Shown here: positions 17,687-28,218 of the stretch, piece by piece | Layout of the letters: every line of letters begins with the position of its first letter | How positions within the stretch are numbered: position 1 is the stretch's first letter | DNA from: a virus | Lineage: Duplodnaviria; Heunggongvirae; Uroviricota; Caudoviricetes | Virus record (IMG/VR): IMGVR_UViG_3300041405_000130 | Direction: 5' to 3' (one strand) | Length of the DNA: 64,000 nt | Notes under the pieces: model-generated | What the model was told of the DNA's origin: nothing | Seen by the model: only the letters and a program-made list of their open reading frames with translations | Database searches by the model: none | Position numbers and translations under genes: made by a program

Positions 17687-19861
17687 TTACTTGACTTTTG
17701 CAACCAGGCGAACCAGGTTATCAGCCAGTGCAGCGATGTGCCATTGGAACATCGAGTAGTTATCAGTGGAGTTAGACAGACCGGTCCAGAACTCGGTAAC
17801 CAGCTTGCTAAGTGCTTTCTCGTTAGCTGCACGTGTTTGTGCATCACCGGATTTAGCATCTTTCTGATTCAGCTCAGACTTCGAGCGGTTAACAACGTCG
17901 ATGGTTTCAACGATGCCTTTACCGGCAGCGCCTGCAGTGCCACGAGAAAGACCGATCAGGACTTTAGCGAGTTGCAGAGCTTTAACCAGGTCAGCTTTCT
18001 TCATGGTAACCGAATCAGGACCACTACCTTTGCCAGCACCACCAGATGCAGCAGGGATTGCACGATCACCCAGAGTAGACATGTCTTCTACCAGGCTACC
18101 AGTTGCTTTCTTCTCAGCCTTGTTAAAGGTAAAGGCCGACAGGCTAGAACCAGTGAATACGCTTGCAGGGTAAGACTTAACTGGAAGTGGTAGCTTCAGT
18201 GCTTTGTTAATGGTAGATGTCGACTTAAGAGCATCGCCTTCTTTAACAGCGGCAGACAGTTGACCAGCTACACCTTCAAGCCACTTACGGTCATGACTGA
18301 ACACGTTAGCAACTTCACCCAACCACTGCAGTTCAGCAGTAACAGCTTTGAGCGGACCACCTTCGCCACGGATAGGGGCAGGGACCTTAACGGTAGCAGC
18401 TTCTTTCAGTTCCAGATCTTTAACACGGATGATCTGCACGTCCAGGGCTTTGTTGATACCAGCTACATAAGTCTCAACTGCTTTCAGGTGAATCTTGTCG
18501 TTCATCTTCTTAGCGAAGTTATCCATGAACGAATCACGAGCGTGTTTGATTTTCTTCAGGAAGCTAGAGAACGATTCCAACGAGTTAGTGTAATACTCAC
18601 CCAGGTTCTGTTCACTGTAGTCTTCCATCGAAGGGATCACTGGGGATTCTTCCTGGAACTTACCACACAGGCGTTGCAGTTTGGATTGTGCCAGAGCTAC
18701 GGTTTGTGCGTTGAAGCGCTTAGTACGGATACCGTGTTGCAGTACACCAATGAACTCTTCGACAGCTACTTCTTCGTCTTCCAGTTCTTCGACAGACTTA
18801 GAAGTATCAACGATTTCGTCGTCTAGATCTTCGTCTTCCGCAACTGCTTCGGCAGCTTCTTCTTCTGCTTCAACCACATCGTCTTCAGTAGTTTCTGTAT
18901 CTACGTCAGGGATGTCGAGGTCCACATCGTCATCGGAGTCGGTTTCTTCTTCTCCGGTTTCATCACCTTCGGTTTCGGTACCTTCAGCGGCTTCTTCTTC
19001 GCTACCTTCAGTTTCCTCGCCTTCGGCTTCGCCGGTGCTTTCTTCTTCACCGCTGGACTCTTCGCCTTCGGTTTCACTGCCTTCTTCCGCTTCGCTGGTT
19101 TCTTCGGTTTCGGTTTCTTCACCGGTACCTTCGGAACCACTTTCAGCTCCGTCCCCCAAACCATCTTCTTCACCTTCAGTGGGCTCAGGTTCACCGAGAC
19201 CATCTTCTTCAGTTGTGGTAGCATCAGCAGTTTCGCCAACAGCACCAGTATCACCTTCGGTAGCGGTTGCACCCAGCTCACCTAGACCATCATCGGCAGA
19301 CTCACTTACTTCGCCAGTGCCTTCGGTTTCACCGAGACCTGATTCATCACCAGTCGTTTCGCCGGTTTCGTCACTGAGTTCACCAGCGCCCAGCTCATCA
19401 CCCCCAGCAGGAGCATCGCCGCCCAACTCGCCGTCAGTAGTAGAACCGTCACCGAGAGCATCGCTTGCGCCAACATCTCCACCCAGTTCGGTAGATTCCG
19501 CATCGCCTGTACCTTCTTCACCAGGGGTTTCAGTTGTACCAGTTTCAGCAGGAGCAACTGGAGCTTGTTCGATTACAGCGGTATCAGCATCGCTAGCTTG
19601 TTGTGCAGCTTGTTCTGCTTCGGAATGCGATGGATCTTCAACGATAGTGGCAGCTTGTACTTCGTCAGCCGAGGCTACAAGTGCAGGGCCAACAGTCTCT
19701 GGAATTTCCAGGCTATCGGCAGGTGCTTCAGTTGTAGCAGGTGCTACGGCAGCAGGTGCTTCACCGGCAGGGCCGGCAGAGTTATGCGCCAGTTGATCAA
19801 CACCAACAGGTGCGTCAACGAAATCCTCAAACGAAGGAGTGAGGTAGTTCAGAATATTCAT
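17687..19861 (-). CDS. Inner-head/ejection protein with very long acidic propeptide (phiKZ gp97-like)
   Basis: About 370-aa E/G/T/D-rich N-region; SME and SLE prohead-protease-type sites. Confidence 0.75.
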   Translation of the reverse strand: MNILNYLTPSFEDFVDAPVGVDQLAHNSAGPAGEAPAAVAPATTEAPADSLEIPETVGPALVASADEVQAATIVEDPSHSEAEQAAQQASDADTAVIEQAPVAPAETGTTETPGEEGTGDAESTELGGDVGASDALGDGSTTDGELGGDAPAGGDELGAGELSDETGETTGDESGLGETEGTGEVSESADDGLGELGATATEGDTGAVGETADATTTEEDGLGEPEPTEGEEDGLGDGAESGSEGTGEETETEETSEAEEGSETEGEESSGEEESTGEAEGEETEGSEEEAAEGTETEGDETGEEETDSDDDVDLDIPDVDTETTEDDVVEAEEEAAEAVAEDEDLDDEIVDTSKSVEELEDEEVAVEEFIGVLQHGIRTKRFNAQTVALAQSKLQRLCGKFQEESPVIPSMEDYSEQNLGEYYTNSLESFSSFLKKIKHARDSFMDNFAKKMNDKIHLKAVETYVAGINKALDVQIIRVKDLELKEAATVKVPAPIRGEGGPLKAVTAELQWLGEVANVFSHDRKWLEGVAGQLSAAVKEGDALKSTSTINKALKLPLPVKSYPASVFTGSSLSAFTFNKAEKKATGSLVEDMSTLGDRAIPAASGGAGKGSGPDSVTMKKADLVKALQLAKVLIGLSRGTAGAAGKGIVETIDVVNRSKSELNQKDAKSGDAQTRAANEKALSKLVTEFWTGLSNSTDNYSMFQWHIAALADNLVRLVAKVK

Positions 19862-19960
19862 GTTCTTTACCTGTACAGGATTAATTTGTGGCCATGCCGT
19901 TCGTCCGTGGCACAGCCCGACAATTTTGGACGAAACGTCGTTTCACAAGATTGCGCAAAA

Positions 19961-21124
19961 CTAAGCAATGTTGGCTTCGCATACGTTTAGGGCTGCACGC
20001 ACATCACGGAGCACATACGCATAGAAAGATGTGTAAGGATCGGCAATCCAAGCGATGTAGGATTCAAGCACTGCAACTACCTTACGGGCTTCTTCTTCAT
20101 CACGGATACCGTTACGCTGCACATCGTCGTTAACTCGCTCCACTGCAGCCAGGAGAGCTGCTAGGGCTTGTCTACGTGCATGGCGGTGTGGTCCATCATT
20201 AGAGTCTGCCAATACTTTCAAAATACCTTCACATTTGATTAACAATGCTTCCATCATGTTGTTATCGAAGTACTGAAAGTTAACATGTGCTGGAGCTTCA
20301 ACCGGAGTCAATTGAGAAGGAACCAGTTTTACTCGAATACCTTGAGCGCGTTCGGTAGAACTGCTGGATGCACCATTGTCATTCGTGATTACAAAACGAT
20401 GGTTGCCCAAAAGGTGTGGAGATTCAACATGTTGTTCTTGTGTACGGAACACGGCATTGTTAGCGATGTTCATTGGATTAGCTGGAGCCATTAAATCAGC
20501 TAGGTAATCCGAAGGCTTTTGTTCGGTAACACCTGTTACAACTTTAGTAACCTGTGCTAACACATGTTCAGAGTGACCATCGAAATAAACTTCCGATACT
20601 GCTTTTAATACAGTCAGTGCATTAAGCAGGTTCATCGAATTGTTAACGGGACGATAGTTTACCGAGAGGTTTGGAATCCGCGTGAAGACCGTAAAAGCTT
20701 CCGAACCTTTTGGCTTGCGAGAGCTAGCTCGCATGTTAGTACGAATGTTCTCCAACGAATGGCTATGCAATGCAGTGTGTAACGAAAGTTTAAATTCCGC
20801 ATCAGCTAATACCTTAATCCATTTCTTGATAAATGCAATGATCCGATCAAAGATCTTCACGACCGTATCACTGATACTTTCCATCCCAGTAAAAAAGAAA
20901 GGGATGTCACCGATTGATTCATATGGCTTGTAGTTCTCTAACCCACCCACTAGATCAATGACTTCTTCAGTCATGTTAGCATCGGAGTCAGCCAGCACTT
21001 CAGTCAAGCGCAAGAGTTCTTCGTTAGCATCTGCTCCGGACTCTTTATAAAACTTGGACATCCATTCATCGCTGGTTTCACCGCGTCGCTCTTCTAGTCG
21101 AGCGAGTCTTGCTTTAAAGTCCAT
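19961..21124 (-). CDS. Inner-head/ejection protein paralog
   Basis: GLE and GME sites then amphipathic IIAFIKKWIK helix. Confidence 0.7.
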   Translation of the reverse strand: MDFKARLARLEERRGETSDEWMSKFYKESGADANEELLRLTEVLADSDANMTEEVIDLVGGLENYKPYESIGDIPFFFTGMESISDTVVKIFDRIIAFIKKWIKVLADAEFKLSLHTALHSHSLENIRTNMRASSRKPKGSEAFTVFTRIPNLSVNYRPVNNSMNLLNALTVLKAVSEVYFDGHSEHVLAQVTKVVTGVTEQKPSDYLADLMAPANPMNIANNAVFRTQEQHVESPHLLGNHRFVITNDNGASSSSTERAQGIRVKLVPSQLTPVEAPAHVNFQYFDNNMMEALLIKCEGILKVLADSNDGPHRHARRQALAALLAAVERVNDDVQRNGIRDEEEARKVVAVLESYIAWIADPYTSFYAYVLRDVRAALNVCEANIA

Positions 21125-21171
21125 GGGACCTCCCTAACATAAGACGAGGCACAAGGCCCCGTCTATTTGTT

Positions 21172-22653
21172 TTAAGCTACAGCAACTTCTTTCGAAGCAG
21201 CACCATCAACTTTCAGCTCTGCCAGAATGACATCAGCGTAAGCAGAAGTAGTGCGGGCCAGGTAACGAACGATTTCGTTAGCGCGTGGGTTGGCTTGGTG
21301 CAACAGTTTACCAGCAGCAGAAGCGATTTCTTCAGCTGTACCAGCAGCACTGTCTTCCATACCTTCGTCAGCCGAAGCAGACTTCAGTCGTTCCAGAGCT
21401 TGACCAACTTTGGCAGCTGCAGTGGACATGGCTTCATGACGTTTACCGTAAGTCTTCAGACCTTCCAGTACAACAAACATGGCGGTCAGATCAGACTGGA
21501 TTGTAGAACCCGAGCGAGCCTGTGCGGTTGTTTCTGCAACCTCACCACCTTCGCCTTCTTTGATACCGTAAGAGATACCAGATTCGGATACGTCAATCTT
21601 AACGCCACCAGGCAGTTCATGATCCGACGCTTGAACGTCAGCCAGTACTTCCTTAGCCTTTTCCAGCAGACCCATTACTTCGCCTTTGTCGCCAGAAGCA
21701 ACGTCGAAGTTACCGATAGCAGAAGCAACGGCATTATAGAACTGAGTCATGCGTTCTGGATAAGTGTTGGTACCCAGGTGCGATACAGCTTTCAGCTCAT
21801 TCGGATAACCGATCTGTACTTTACCAGCAATAGCAATGCGGCTAGGGTTAGGAACTTTGAATTCCCCACCGGACTTAGAACCAGCTTTCTCAGCAGCACT
21901 TTGTGCAGCCTTCAGCTTACGTTCCAGACCGACGACACCAGTCATCAGTTGTTGTACGAACTGTTTGGATTTCTCCCACAGACCTTTCAACCATTCCCAG
22001 ATCTTAGCTGCAGCTTCTTTGATTTTAGAACCAAGAGAATCAGATTTCAGCTTAGATGGGAGCAGGTGTTGTTTCTCACCTTCACCCATGTCTTCCATAG
22101 AAGCAATGAGTTTAGACAGATCGACGTGACCATCATGTTGGAACTGTTCCAGGCCTACACGCATGAAGCCAGCAGCTTGACGGGAGATACCATCTGGACC
22201 AGCTTGCTTCAGAAGTTTCTGATACGATTCGAGAGCAGTCTGTACTTCTACGACTTCAGTCAACTCGTTGGTCATTTCGGTGGATTCGACAATAGTGCGA
22301 TCCATCATGTCCATGGTGTTATCGTGATCCATCGGGCTATCGATGATCAGATCAGTACCAGCTTCTACTGCGATAGGTGCGCCGATTGGAGCTTCGCCTT
22401 CGATAGCTGCAGGTACTTCTGCCAGAGGAGCTGCGATGACCGGAGCTTCTTCAATGATCGGCAGTGGGGATACTTCAGGAACACCCGCAGGCATCTCACC
22501 AGCATCAGGAATAGTGGAAGGTTCATTTACCGGAGCAGACGAATCAACAATCTGCGGATCAACGGTGTTACCTTCGGCGACAGCGACTACAGATTCTGGA
22601 ATTGGAGCTTCTTCAAAGTTCTCCAAAGCCTTCATCAGTTTTGACAATTTCAT
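21172..22653 (-). CDS. Inner-head/ejection protein paralog
   Basis: Acidic propeptide, ALESY...GISRQAA, SMED, KIWEWLK. Confidence 0.75.
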   Translation of the reverse strand: MKLSKLMKALENFEEAPIPESVVAVAEGNTVDPQIVDSSAPVNEPSTIPDAGEMPAGVPEVSPLPIIEEAPVIAAPLAEVPAAIEGEAPIGAPIAVEAGTDLIIDSPMDHDNTMDMMDRTIVESTEMTNELTEVVEVQTALESYQKLLKQAGPDGISRQAAGFMRVGLEQFQHDGHVDLSKLIASMEDMGEGEKQHLLPSKLKSDSLGSKIKEAAAKIWEWLKGLWEKSKQFVQQLMTGVVGLERKLKAAQSAAEKAGSKSGGEFKVPNPSRIAIAGKVQIGYPNELKAVSHLGTNTYPERMTQFYNAVASAIGNFDVASGDKGEVMGLLEKAKEVLADVQASDHELPGGVKIDVSESGISYGIKEGEGGEVAETTAQARSGSTIQSDLTAMFVVLEGLKTYGKRHEAMSTAAAKVGQALERLKSASADEGMEDSAAGTAEEIASAAGKLLHQANPRANEIVRYLARTTSAYADVILAELKVDGAASKEVAVA

Positions 22654-22715
22654 ATTTGTTTCCTCGAGGAATATTGTGCCGGGCTAATTGCAATTAACAT
22701 AGCATTGTGTAGATC

Positions 22716-22747
22716 GAAATAAAGGGAGCCCGAAGGCCCCCGTCTAT
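22716..22747 (-). terminator. Hairpin terminator; TATG late-promoter candidate at about 22698
   Basis: GGG(A)GCC-CGAA-GGCCCC hairpin followed by TTTATTTCG on the minus strand. Confidence 0.6.
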
Positions 22748-25180
22748 TTAGCCACGTTTAGCACGAGCTGCAATCATCTCATCCATTACATCGGTACGAG
22801 CAGTGAAGCGAGAACCAATAGTGGTAGCCAGCTGACGAACAGCAGTATTACACATCAGGCGGTTAACCGCAGTGTAGAATGCCGAGTACTGCTGACCTTT
22901 TGCATCGTCTGCACTGTTAATCAAACGTTCGATTACTGCGGAGAACTGTACGTGTAGACGCTCTTGTTCTTCTGTAGCTTTCTGTGCAACTTCCAGACCA
23001 CGGTAAGCACGTTTCTGGCGAGCCAGGATCTGAGCAATCTGACGTTTGTTCAACGCTTTAACGGGTTCAGAATCGGTACCACTGCCACCACCAAAGGAGA
23101 AAGCAATAGTCCCTTCGTTAAGTACCAACGATTGACCACCTGGGATTTCGCCAACAGGTGCGCCAGCCATTACCTTGGCCGCCATGTCAGTCAATACCTT
23201 ACCCCAAGTATCAAAAGCACCAACATCGAAGTTGCTATTGGCCATGCTGGTAACATCACGCCACATTTTGATTACAGCTGGGTTGTAGCTGTTAGTGAAC
23301 CATGCAATGAGATTCTCCTCAATGGTAGGTTCAAAAGCGTAACCCGAACTGAGCTTCAGTTTCTTCAGCGAATCGGTATAGATAAAGCCTTTAGGCAATG
23401 CTTGGCCCGATACATCCACTGGTTCTGATACAACCTCAGCTGGAGTTTCATCGGAAGCACTAGGCCCAGACAATGCTTTAGCTGCAGCTACAGATTTCAA
23501 ACCGGTACCTGGTGGCAAAGCCAGAGGTTGACCAGAAGGTGCTTGACCTTCGTCTGGAACTGCTTCGTTGGTCAGCAGTAACATGTCTACTTGCTTTTCG
23601 CCACCAAAAATGCGTTCCCACAATTTGGATAGACCGTCACGAAATTGCTGCCACAAACGCAGGAAGAATGCTTTAACTTTACGCCAAGCTTCTTTTGCAC
23701 CCGAAGCAATGCGCGAACCCATACCTGGAGCACTTTGACCTGGAACTACCGAAAGACTACGGGAAGGCAAAGCTTCGAAGTCTTCTTGGGATACGGTATT
23801 ACCTTTACCCAAGTAAGTCGATAGGAAGAAATCACAAGCTTTAGCGGCAGCGGTACTAATGCGATCTAAATGGTTACCAGCAGCGCCCAGTTGATCTTCG
23901 AATGAGTTGCCCTGCATCACCTTACCAATAGAACGGACGATTTCTTCACGGTGCGCTTCCTCTAACTTGGTGTCAAGAGTATCGCCGGCTTTCATCATTT
24001 TTTCTTGAGCGGCTACATACGCTTCTGCGACTTTCTCACCTTCAACAAGATCCGAATCCAGAATAGCTTTAACGTCTCCCAGATACTTACGGATTTCTGG
24101 TAGCGACGGGAGTTGCACTTCTGCGGCATCGGTAGGTTCAGCTTTAGTAATGACCAACTTACCGTCAGTTGTACGTTCTACGGTCATACCGTGGACTTCC
24201 CACTTGCCTGCTTTACCACCTAGATGTTTCTTTACCAGGTCGTTTAGAGTATCAGCAACTTCTTCACTTGTGGTGCTTTTACTTACGTTACTAAAGAACT
24301 GGGTAATAGCATTCAGTAAACCGGTGGCATCTCTGATGTAGTCCACCATCACTTTAGAACGTAACTCGTGTTCTACCGATAGGTTCAGATCTAGTTTACC
24401 ATCCTTAGTCAGATATGGAACTAGGGCAGCAGGTAACTGTACGGTCTGTTGTTTCGGAGAACGAATCTCTTCGCCGTGAATAGCATCCAACACTTGTGCA
24501 ACTCGGATACCTTTCGGTGCTTCTAAACCCTTAACTTTAGCTGGGTTGCCAGCTTCGACTGCACTGGTGGCAGCAATCAGATAAACAACCTGAGCTTGAG
24601 TTTCTTTCTTACGACCAAGTGCATTACGCAGAAGAGCCATGAATTGTTTAGCTTTCTGCTTTAACCATTCCCAGATCTTAGCGCCAGCTGCTTTCAGTTT
24701 CGCTCCTAGGCCTTCTTGATCAACGTTGGCTTGCTTCATAGCCATGACTTGGGTACCGGAGTTCTCATCTTCCAGGCCGATAGACGTAACGCCCATCAAA
24801 CGATTAGCCCGTGCCATACCTACTGCCATGAAAGCCGCAGATTGACGGGTCATGTTCTTACCTGAGGAACGCAGCAGTTGGCTGTAGCCTTCCAGTGTGA
24901 TCTGTGCACCCAACAGCTGATCAGCTGCAGCTGCTTCATTCACTGCAATAACTTCTTCTTGAACGATCGGTGCTTCCAATGGTTGCAGTGGAGTTGGATC
25001 AAGTTCTGGTGGCAGTTCGACAATGTCTTCTACAGGCAAAGCAGAGAGGTCTTCAACGACTTGTACGTTACCTAAGTCATCGCCTGGTAAAACGGGTGCG
25101 GCATCGCCATCCATCAAAGGTGACGGGATTGTGTCATCGAAGTTTTCACTCGATGGGATATAATTGCCGAGGTTCAGCAT
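22748..25180 (-). CDS. Inner-head/ejection protein with two tandem mature modules
   Basis: GLED...KIWEWLK module, then internal SQEDF...EAWRKVKAFF module. Confidence 0.75.
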   Translation of the reverse strand: MLNLGNYIPSSENFDDTIPSPLMDGDAAPVLPGDDLGNVQVVEDLSALPVEDIVELPPELDPTPLQPLEAPIVQEEVIAVNEAAAADQLLGAQITLEGYSQLLRSSGKNMTRQSAAFMAVGMARANRLMGVTSIGLEDENSGTQVMAMKQANVDQEGLGAKLKAAGAKIWEWLKQKAKQFMALLRNALGRKKETQAQVVYLIAATSAVEAGNPAKVKGLEAPKGIRVAQVLDAIHGEEIRSPKQQTVQLPAALVPYLTKDGKLDLNLSVEHELRSKVMVDYIRDATGLLNAITQFFSNVSKSTTSEEVADTLNDLVKKHLGGKAGKWEVHGMTVERTTDGKLVITKAEPTDAAEVQLPSLPEIRKYLGDVKAILDSDLVEGEKVAEAYVAAQEKMMKAGDTLDTKLEEAHREEIVRSIGKVMQGNSFEDQLGAAGNHLDRISTAAAKACDFFLSTYLGKGNTVSQEDFEALPSRSLSVVPGQSAPGMGSRIASGAKEAWRKVKAFFLRLWQQFRDGLSKLWERIFGGEKQVDMLLLTNEAVPDEGQAPSGQPLALPPGTGLKSVAAAKALSGPSASDETPAEVVSEPVDVSGQALPKGFIYTDSLKKLKLSSGYAFEPTIEENLIAWFTNSYNPAVIKMWRDVTSMANSNFDVGAFDTWGKVLTDMAAKVMAGAPVGEIPGGQSLVLNEGTIAFSFGGGSGTDSEPVKALNKRQIAQILARQKRAYRGLEVAQKATEEQERLHVQFSAVIERLINSADDAKGQQYSAFYTAVNRLMCNTAVRQLATTIGSRFTARTDVMDEMIAARAKRG

Positions 25181-25228
25181 GTGTTGTTTCCTTCAAGGAA
25201 TTGGTGGTGGTGCGTCATAGATTTGTGT

Positions 25229-25885
25229 TTAATCTAAGCGCTTCTTAAGGGAGGCAAGATGGGTAAGAAATACATCGGACGATACCATTAGACGAGCTGT
25301 CACTGGACCAGATGCAAAGTCTTCAGTGGAGACAGTAGTTACACCAAGACGTTTATCCAATCGTGCTATTCCGACCTTTAAGAAATCGGCAGATTGTTGC
25401 GTCAAGGTTTTGTCAGCATTACGAATAAGACGGGAATACGACTCAATAGCTAGTTGAAGATCTTTGTCTTCATCCTCTTCTGGTTCCTCTGCCGATTCCT
25501 CATCTGCAGCGGGCTCACCGTCATTAACAGAATCTTCATTCTGTCCTTCTACCGGTTCGTCGGTTCCAGCATCTTGATCACCACCACCAATATCAGAACT
25601 AGTAGTATCTTGATCATCGTCTTTATGCTCTTCCTCGAATTTCTTTTCTTCAGACTCTTCGTATTGCTCTTCAGTGTCTTCGGCTTTCTTTTGTTTCTGG
25701 AGCATGTTGGTAATTACACCGTCATCCTCATTGCCCTGGGTAGAGCCTTCCGCGGGCTTGATAAGTTCTTCTGGGATACCTGATACGTACGTATTCTCAC
25801 CATCGGTAGAGACGTCATCGCTCAAGGTATCTGGTAGACTATCAAAGTCTTCCGTAGAAGGTAGGTATGCTCTGACATTCAGCAT
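25229..25885 (-). CDS. Short inner-head paralog (mostly propeptide)
   Basis: Acidic region, AIESY...QQSADF, STEDF; ends about 30 aa later. Confidence 0.7.
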   Translation of the reverse strand: MLNVRAYLPSTEDFDSLPDTLSDDVSTDGENTYVSGIPEELIKPAEGSTQGNEDDGVITNMLQKQKKAEDTEEQYEESEEKKFEEEHKDDDQDTTSSDIGGGDQDAGTDEPVEGQNEDSVNDGEPAADEESAEEPEEDEDKDLQLAIESYSRLIRNADKTLTQQSADFLKVGIARLDKRLGVTTVSTEDFASGPVTARLMVSSDVFLTHLASLKKRLD

Positions 25886-25957
25886 GGCAGGTCCTCAGGT
25901 TAAAAGATACATAAGATCGGGGACAAGCCCCGATCTAGTATTTTAAACACACATGAA

Positions 25958-27115
25958 TTACAGCTTGTAATCAAAAGTCTCGTTAGAAACTTCAGCTTCT
26001 GAAACCTTGCCGTCTTCGTAAGCCATGAGTTCCAGGATCTGGTAATTCGACTTAGCAACATACTGGGCAACTTCATAACCCGTGTCGGCTGTTTTCTGAA
26101 GATAACGAATACTATCCTGCAGGGCATTATAAACACCCAGGCCTTCCGACATGGTGGCGTTCCAGCTCATATCGAATAGATCGATCATATCTGCCAGCAT
26201 CAATACCGTGTCGCTTAGAGCTTTCTCGCCAGCGTCGTTTACTTTGACACAACCTTGAAGTTGTTTGTTGCGTTCCGCACGACTACGGGCAGTCAGTTCC
26301 ACCGGTTCGCCTTCTTCTGCGACTTGATAGGTCAAGCCATCATCACCAGTGCTAAAAGTAATATTAGAAGGATGACGAGATGGGGCTTTGATATCGCGAG
26401 GAATAGCTGCGCGAATCTGTTCTTCGTTCTCAGTACCTTTGAGATTAGACAGTAACGTAATACCTTTCTTGATAGCTGGAGCTACTTCAGTAACAACCCA
26501 GTTCGACAGAGCTACCAGATCATCGGTATCGGTGTACTTGCCTTCGTGGTATGCAAACAATGCTGTTCGCCCTGGGATCGTAAACTTCCGTCCACCCTTA
26601 GGACCGTTTGGATTGTAGCTAGTCATGCTTTCAGTAAGCTTAGCGATCTTTTGTTTAGCCCCGCCAAACATCTGCTGAACCTTAAGCGCACCTTGCTTGA
26701 CTTTAGCGATTGCCCGCTTCATCAATTCAACAAATTTAGCCCATAGTTCTTTAGCACGACCCTTCAGACCTTTCTCATCTGCACCTGATTGTTCATGACC
26801 AATACGCTTGATGTCACCACCAGACTCATCTTCCAATGAAGCAACCAACTCTGACTTCTGGCCAGTAATACGATCAATACGTTGCAGACCTACCAACATT
26901 GCTTTAGCCGCCTGTTTGGAGATACCATCCCAGCCGGCAGCAGTCAGTACCTTGCCGTAACTTTCTAGGGCAGCAGTAGCTTCAACTACTTCTTCGATGT
27001 CATGGTCGATGTGCTCTGCAGCTTTTTCATCTTCCAACAAACCGAAGTCGATCATCTCTTGTTTCTCTTCTTCGACTGGATCTACCGAGCCAAAGATCTC
27101 TTGTTCATTTTGCAT
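25958..27115 (-). CDS. Inner-head/ejection protein paralog
   Basis: ALESY...GISKQAA, SLED, KELWAKF. Confidence 0.75.
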   Translation of the reverse strand: MQNEQEIFGSVDPVEEEKQEMIDFGLLEDEKAAEHIDHDIEEVVEATAALESYGKVLTAAGWDGISKQAAKAMLVGLQRIDRITGQKSELVASLEDESGGDIKRIGHEQSGADEKGLKGRAKELWAKFVELMKRAIAKVKQGALKVQQMFGGAKQKIAKLTESMTSYNPNGPKGGRKFTIPGRTALFAYHEGKYTDTDDLVALSNWVVTEVAPAIKKGITLLSNLKGTENEEQIRAAIPRDIKAPSRHPSNITFSTGDDGLTYQVAEEGEPVELTARSRAERNKQLQGCVKVNDAGEKALSDTVLMLADMIDLFDMSWNATMSEGLGVYNALQDSIRYLQKTADTGYEVAQYVAKSNYQILELMAYEDGKVSEAEVSNETFDYKL

Positions 27116-27117
27116 GA

Positions 27118-28218
27118 TTAAGCCCTTTGCGAATTCGTTGCAGTTTTAACTTCGTGTTCGATGATCGCGAGATGAGCACTGAGGACACGACCCAGGTAAC
27201 GGATGATACCGGCACTGTTGCCGTCTACTTTAGAAGTAGTGGTCAACACAGTAGAGATCATGGCACTAGCATTCTTCTGTTGTTCTTCTTCACCCGACTT
27301 AGTCTTGGCTTCCAGAGCGTCAGTAGCTTCTACCACTTTGTTCACGGATGTTTCGATACGAGTAGAAACTTCTTCCAGCTTCTCAGCAATATCGATGATC
27401 TTAACGATCTCGTTCAAAGCCGCTGACAGTTCTGCAGAGCTACGGGCCTTACGAACAACATCTTCTTCGATAACACGTGCTTCAACTTCAGCAATCGAAT
27501 AGTTATAGCCTGAGTCATCGTGAACTACCATGACGTTACCTGGATAGGTTTTGTTATCGGTGTTCGAAAAGTTCAACGGGGTCAGTGTTTCTTGAATAGC
27601 AGAAACCATACCACTCGCATCTTGCGATGGATCGAAGTTCTTGACAACAGAAGCCAGTTCCAAATAGAAGTCATTAATAGCATCGGGATATTCAACCGCG
27701 CCAAAGTTAGCCAGTTCGCGAAGAATACCAAAATTGCCATCACCCAGTTCACCAGAGATAGAAACCTGGTTAGCCAGCTTGGCTGGGATGTGTACTTCTG
27801 TCTGAGTATCAGGAACAGATTTAACCGAACCCTGCAACGCATCTACCTTTGCACGCAGTTTGCTGAACGACGTCAAGAGCGCACCAACCTGCTCTTTAAT
27901 CATGCGGTACATCTTAATCAGCCACTCTTTGAACGTAGCGATAGCCGAGGTAATGCGTGAACCGATTGTGGAGGCGTCTTCCATACCTAGGGCTTGCGAC
28001 ATGGCATTCTTTAGGTCAGCGTACTGCTCGAAGGCTACTGCGTCTTCACGGCCAATGTGGCGGGTAATACGGAGAACGTCTTGAGCAACAATTGCTGCAG
28101 ACTGTTTGGTCAACCCTTGGGCTGCCATCTCACGATATTGTTCCAGGGAGACAAGCATCTCACCTAAGGTCTTCATTTTGTTGTGAAGACGAATTGTTTC
28201 AAGTTCGAGGTGTTTCAT
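27118..28218 (-). CDS. Inner-head/ejection protein paralog
   Basis: SLEQY...GLTKQSAA, GMED, FKEWLIK. Confidence 0.75.
   Translation of the reverse strand: MKHLELETIRLHNKMKTLGEMLVSLEQYREMAAQGLTKQSAAIVAQDVLRITRHIGREDAVAFEQYADLKNAMSQALGMEDASTIGSRITSAIATFKEWLIKMYRMIKEQVGALLTSFSKLRAKVDALQGSVKSVPDTQTEVHIPAKLANQVSISGELGDGNFGILRELANFGAVEYPDAINDFYLELASVVKNFDPSQDASGMVSAIQETLTPLNFSNTDNKTYPGNVMVVHDDSGYNYSIAEVEARVIEEDVVRKARSSAELSAALNEIVKIIDIAEKLEEVSTRIETSVNKVVEATDALEAKTKSGEEEQQKNASAMISTVLTTTSKVDGNSAGIIRYLGRVLSAHLAIIEHEVKTATNSQRA

Noticed and set aside
18681-19796. 371-aa Ser/Pro-rich plus-strand ORF
   Set aside because: Antisense shadow of the GAA/GGT-rich acidic propeptide; no RBS
21295-22644. 449-aa plus-strand ORF
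   Set aside because: In-register antisense shadow caused by codon bias of the real gene
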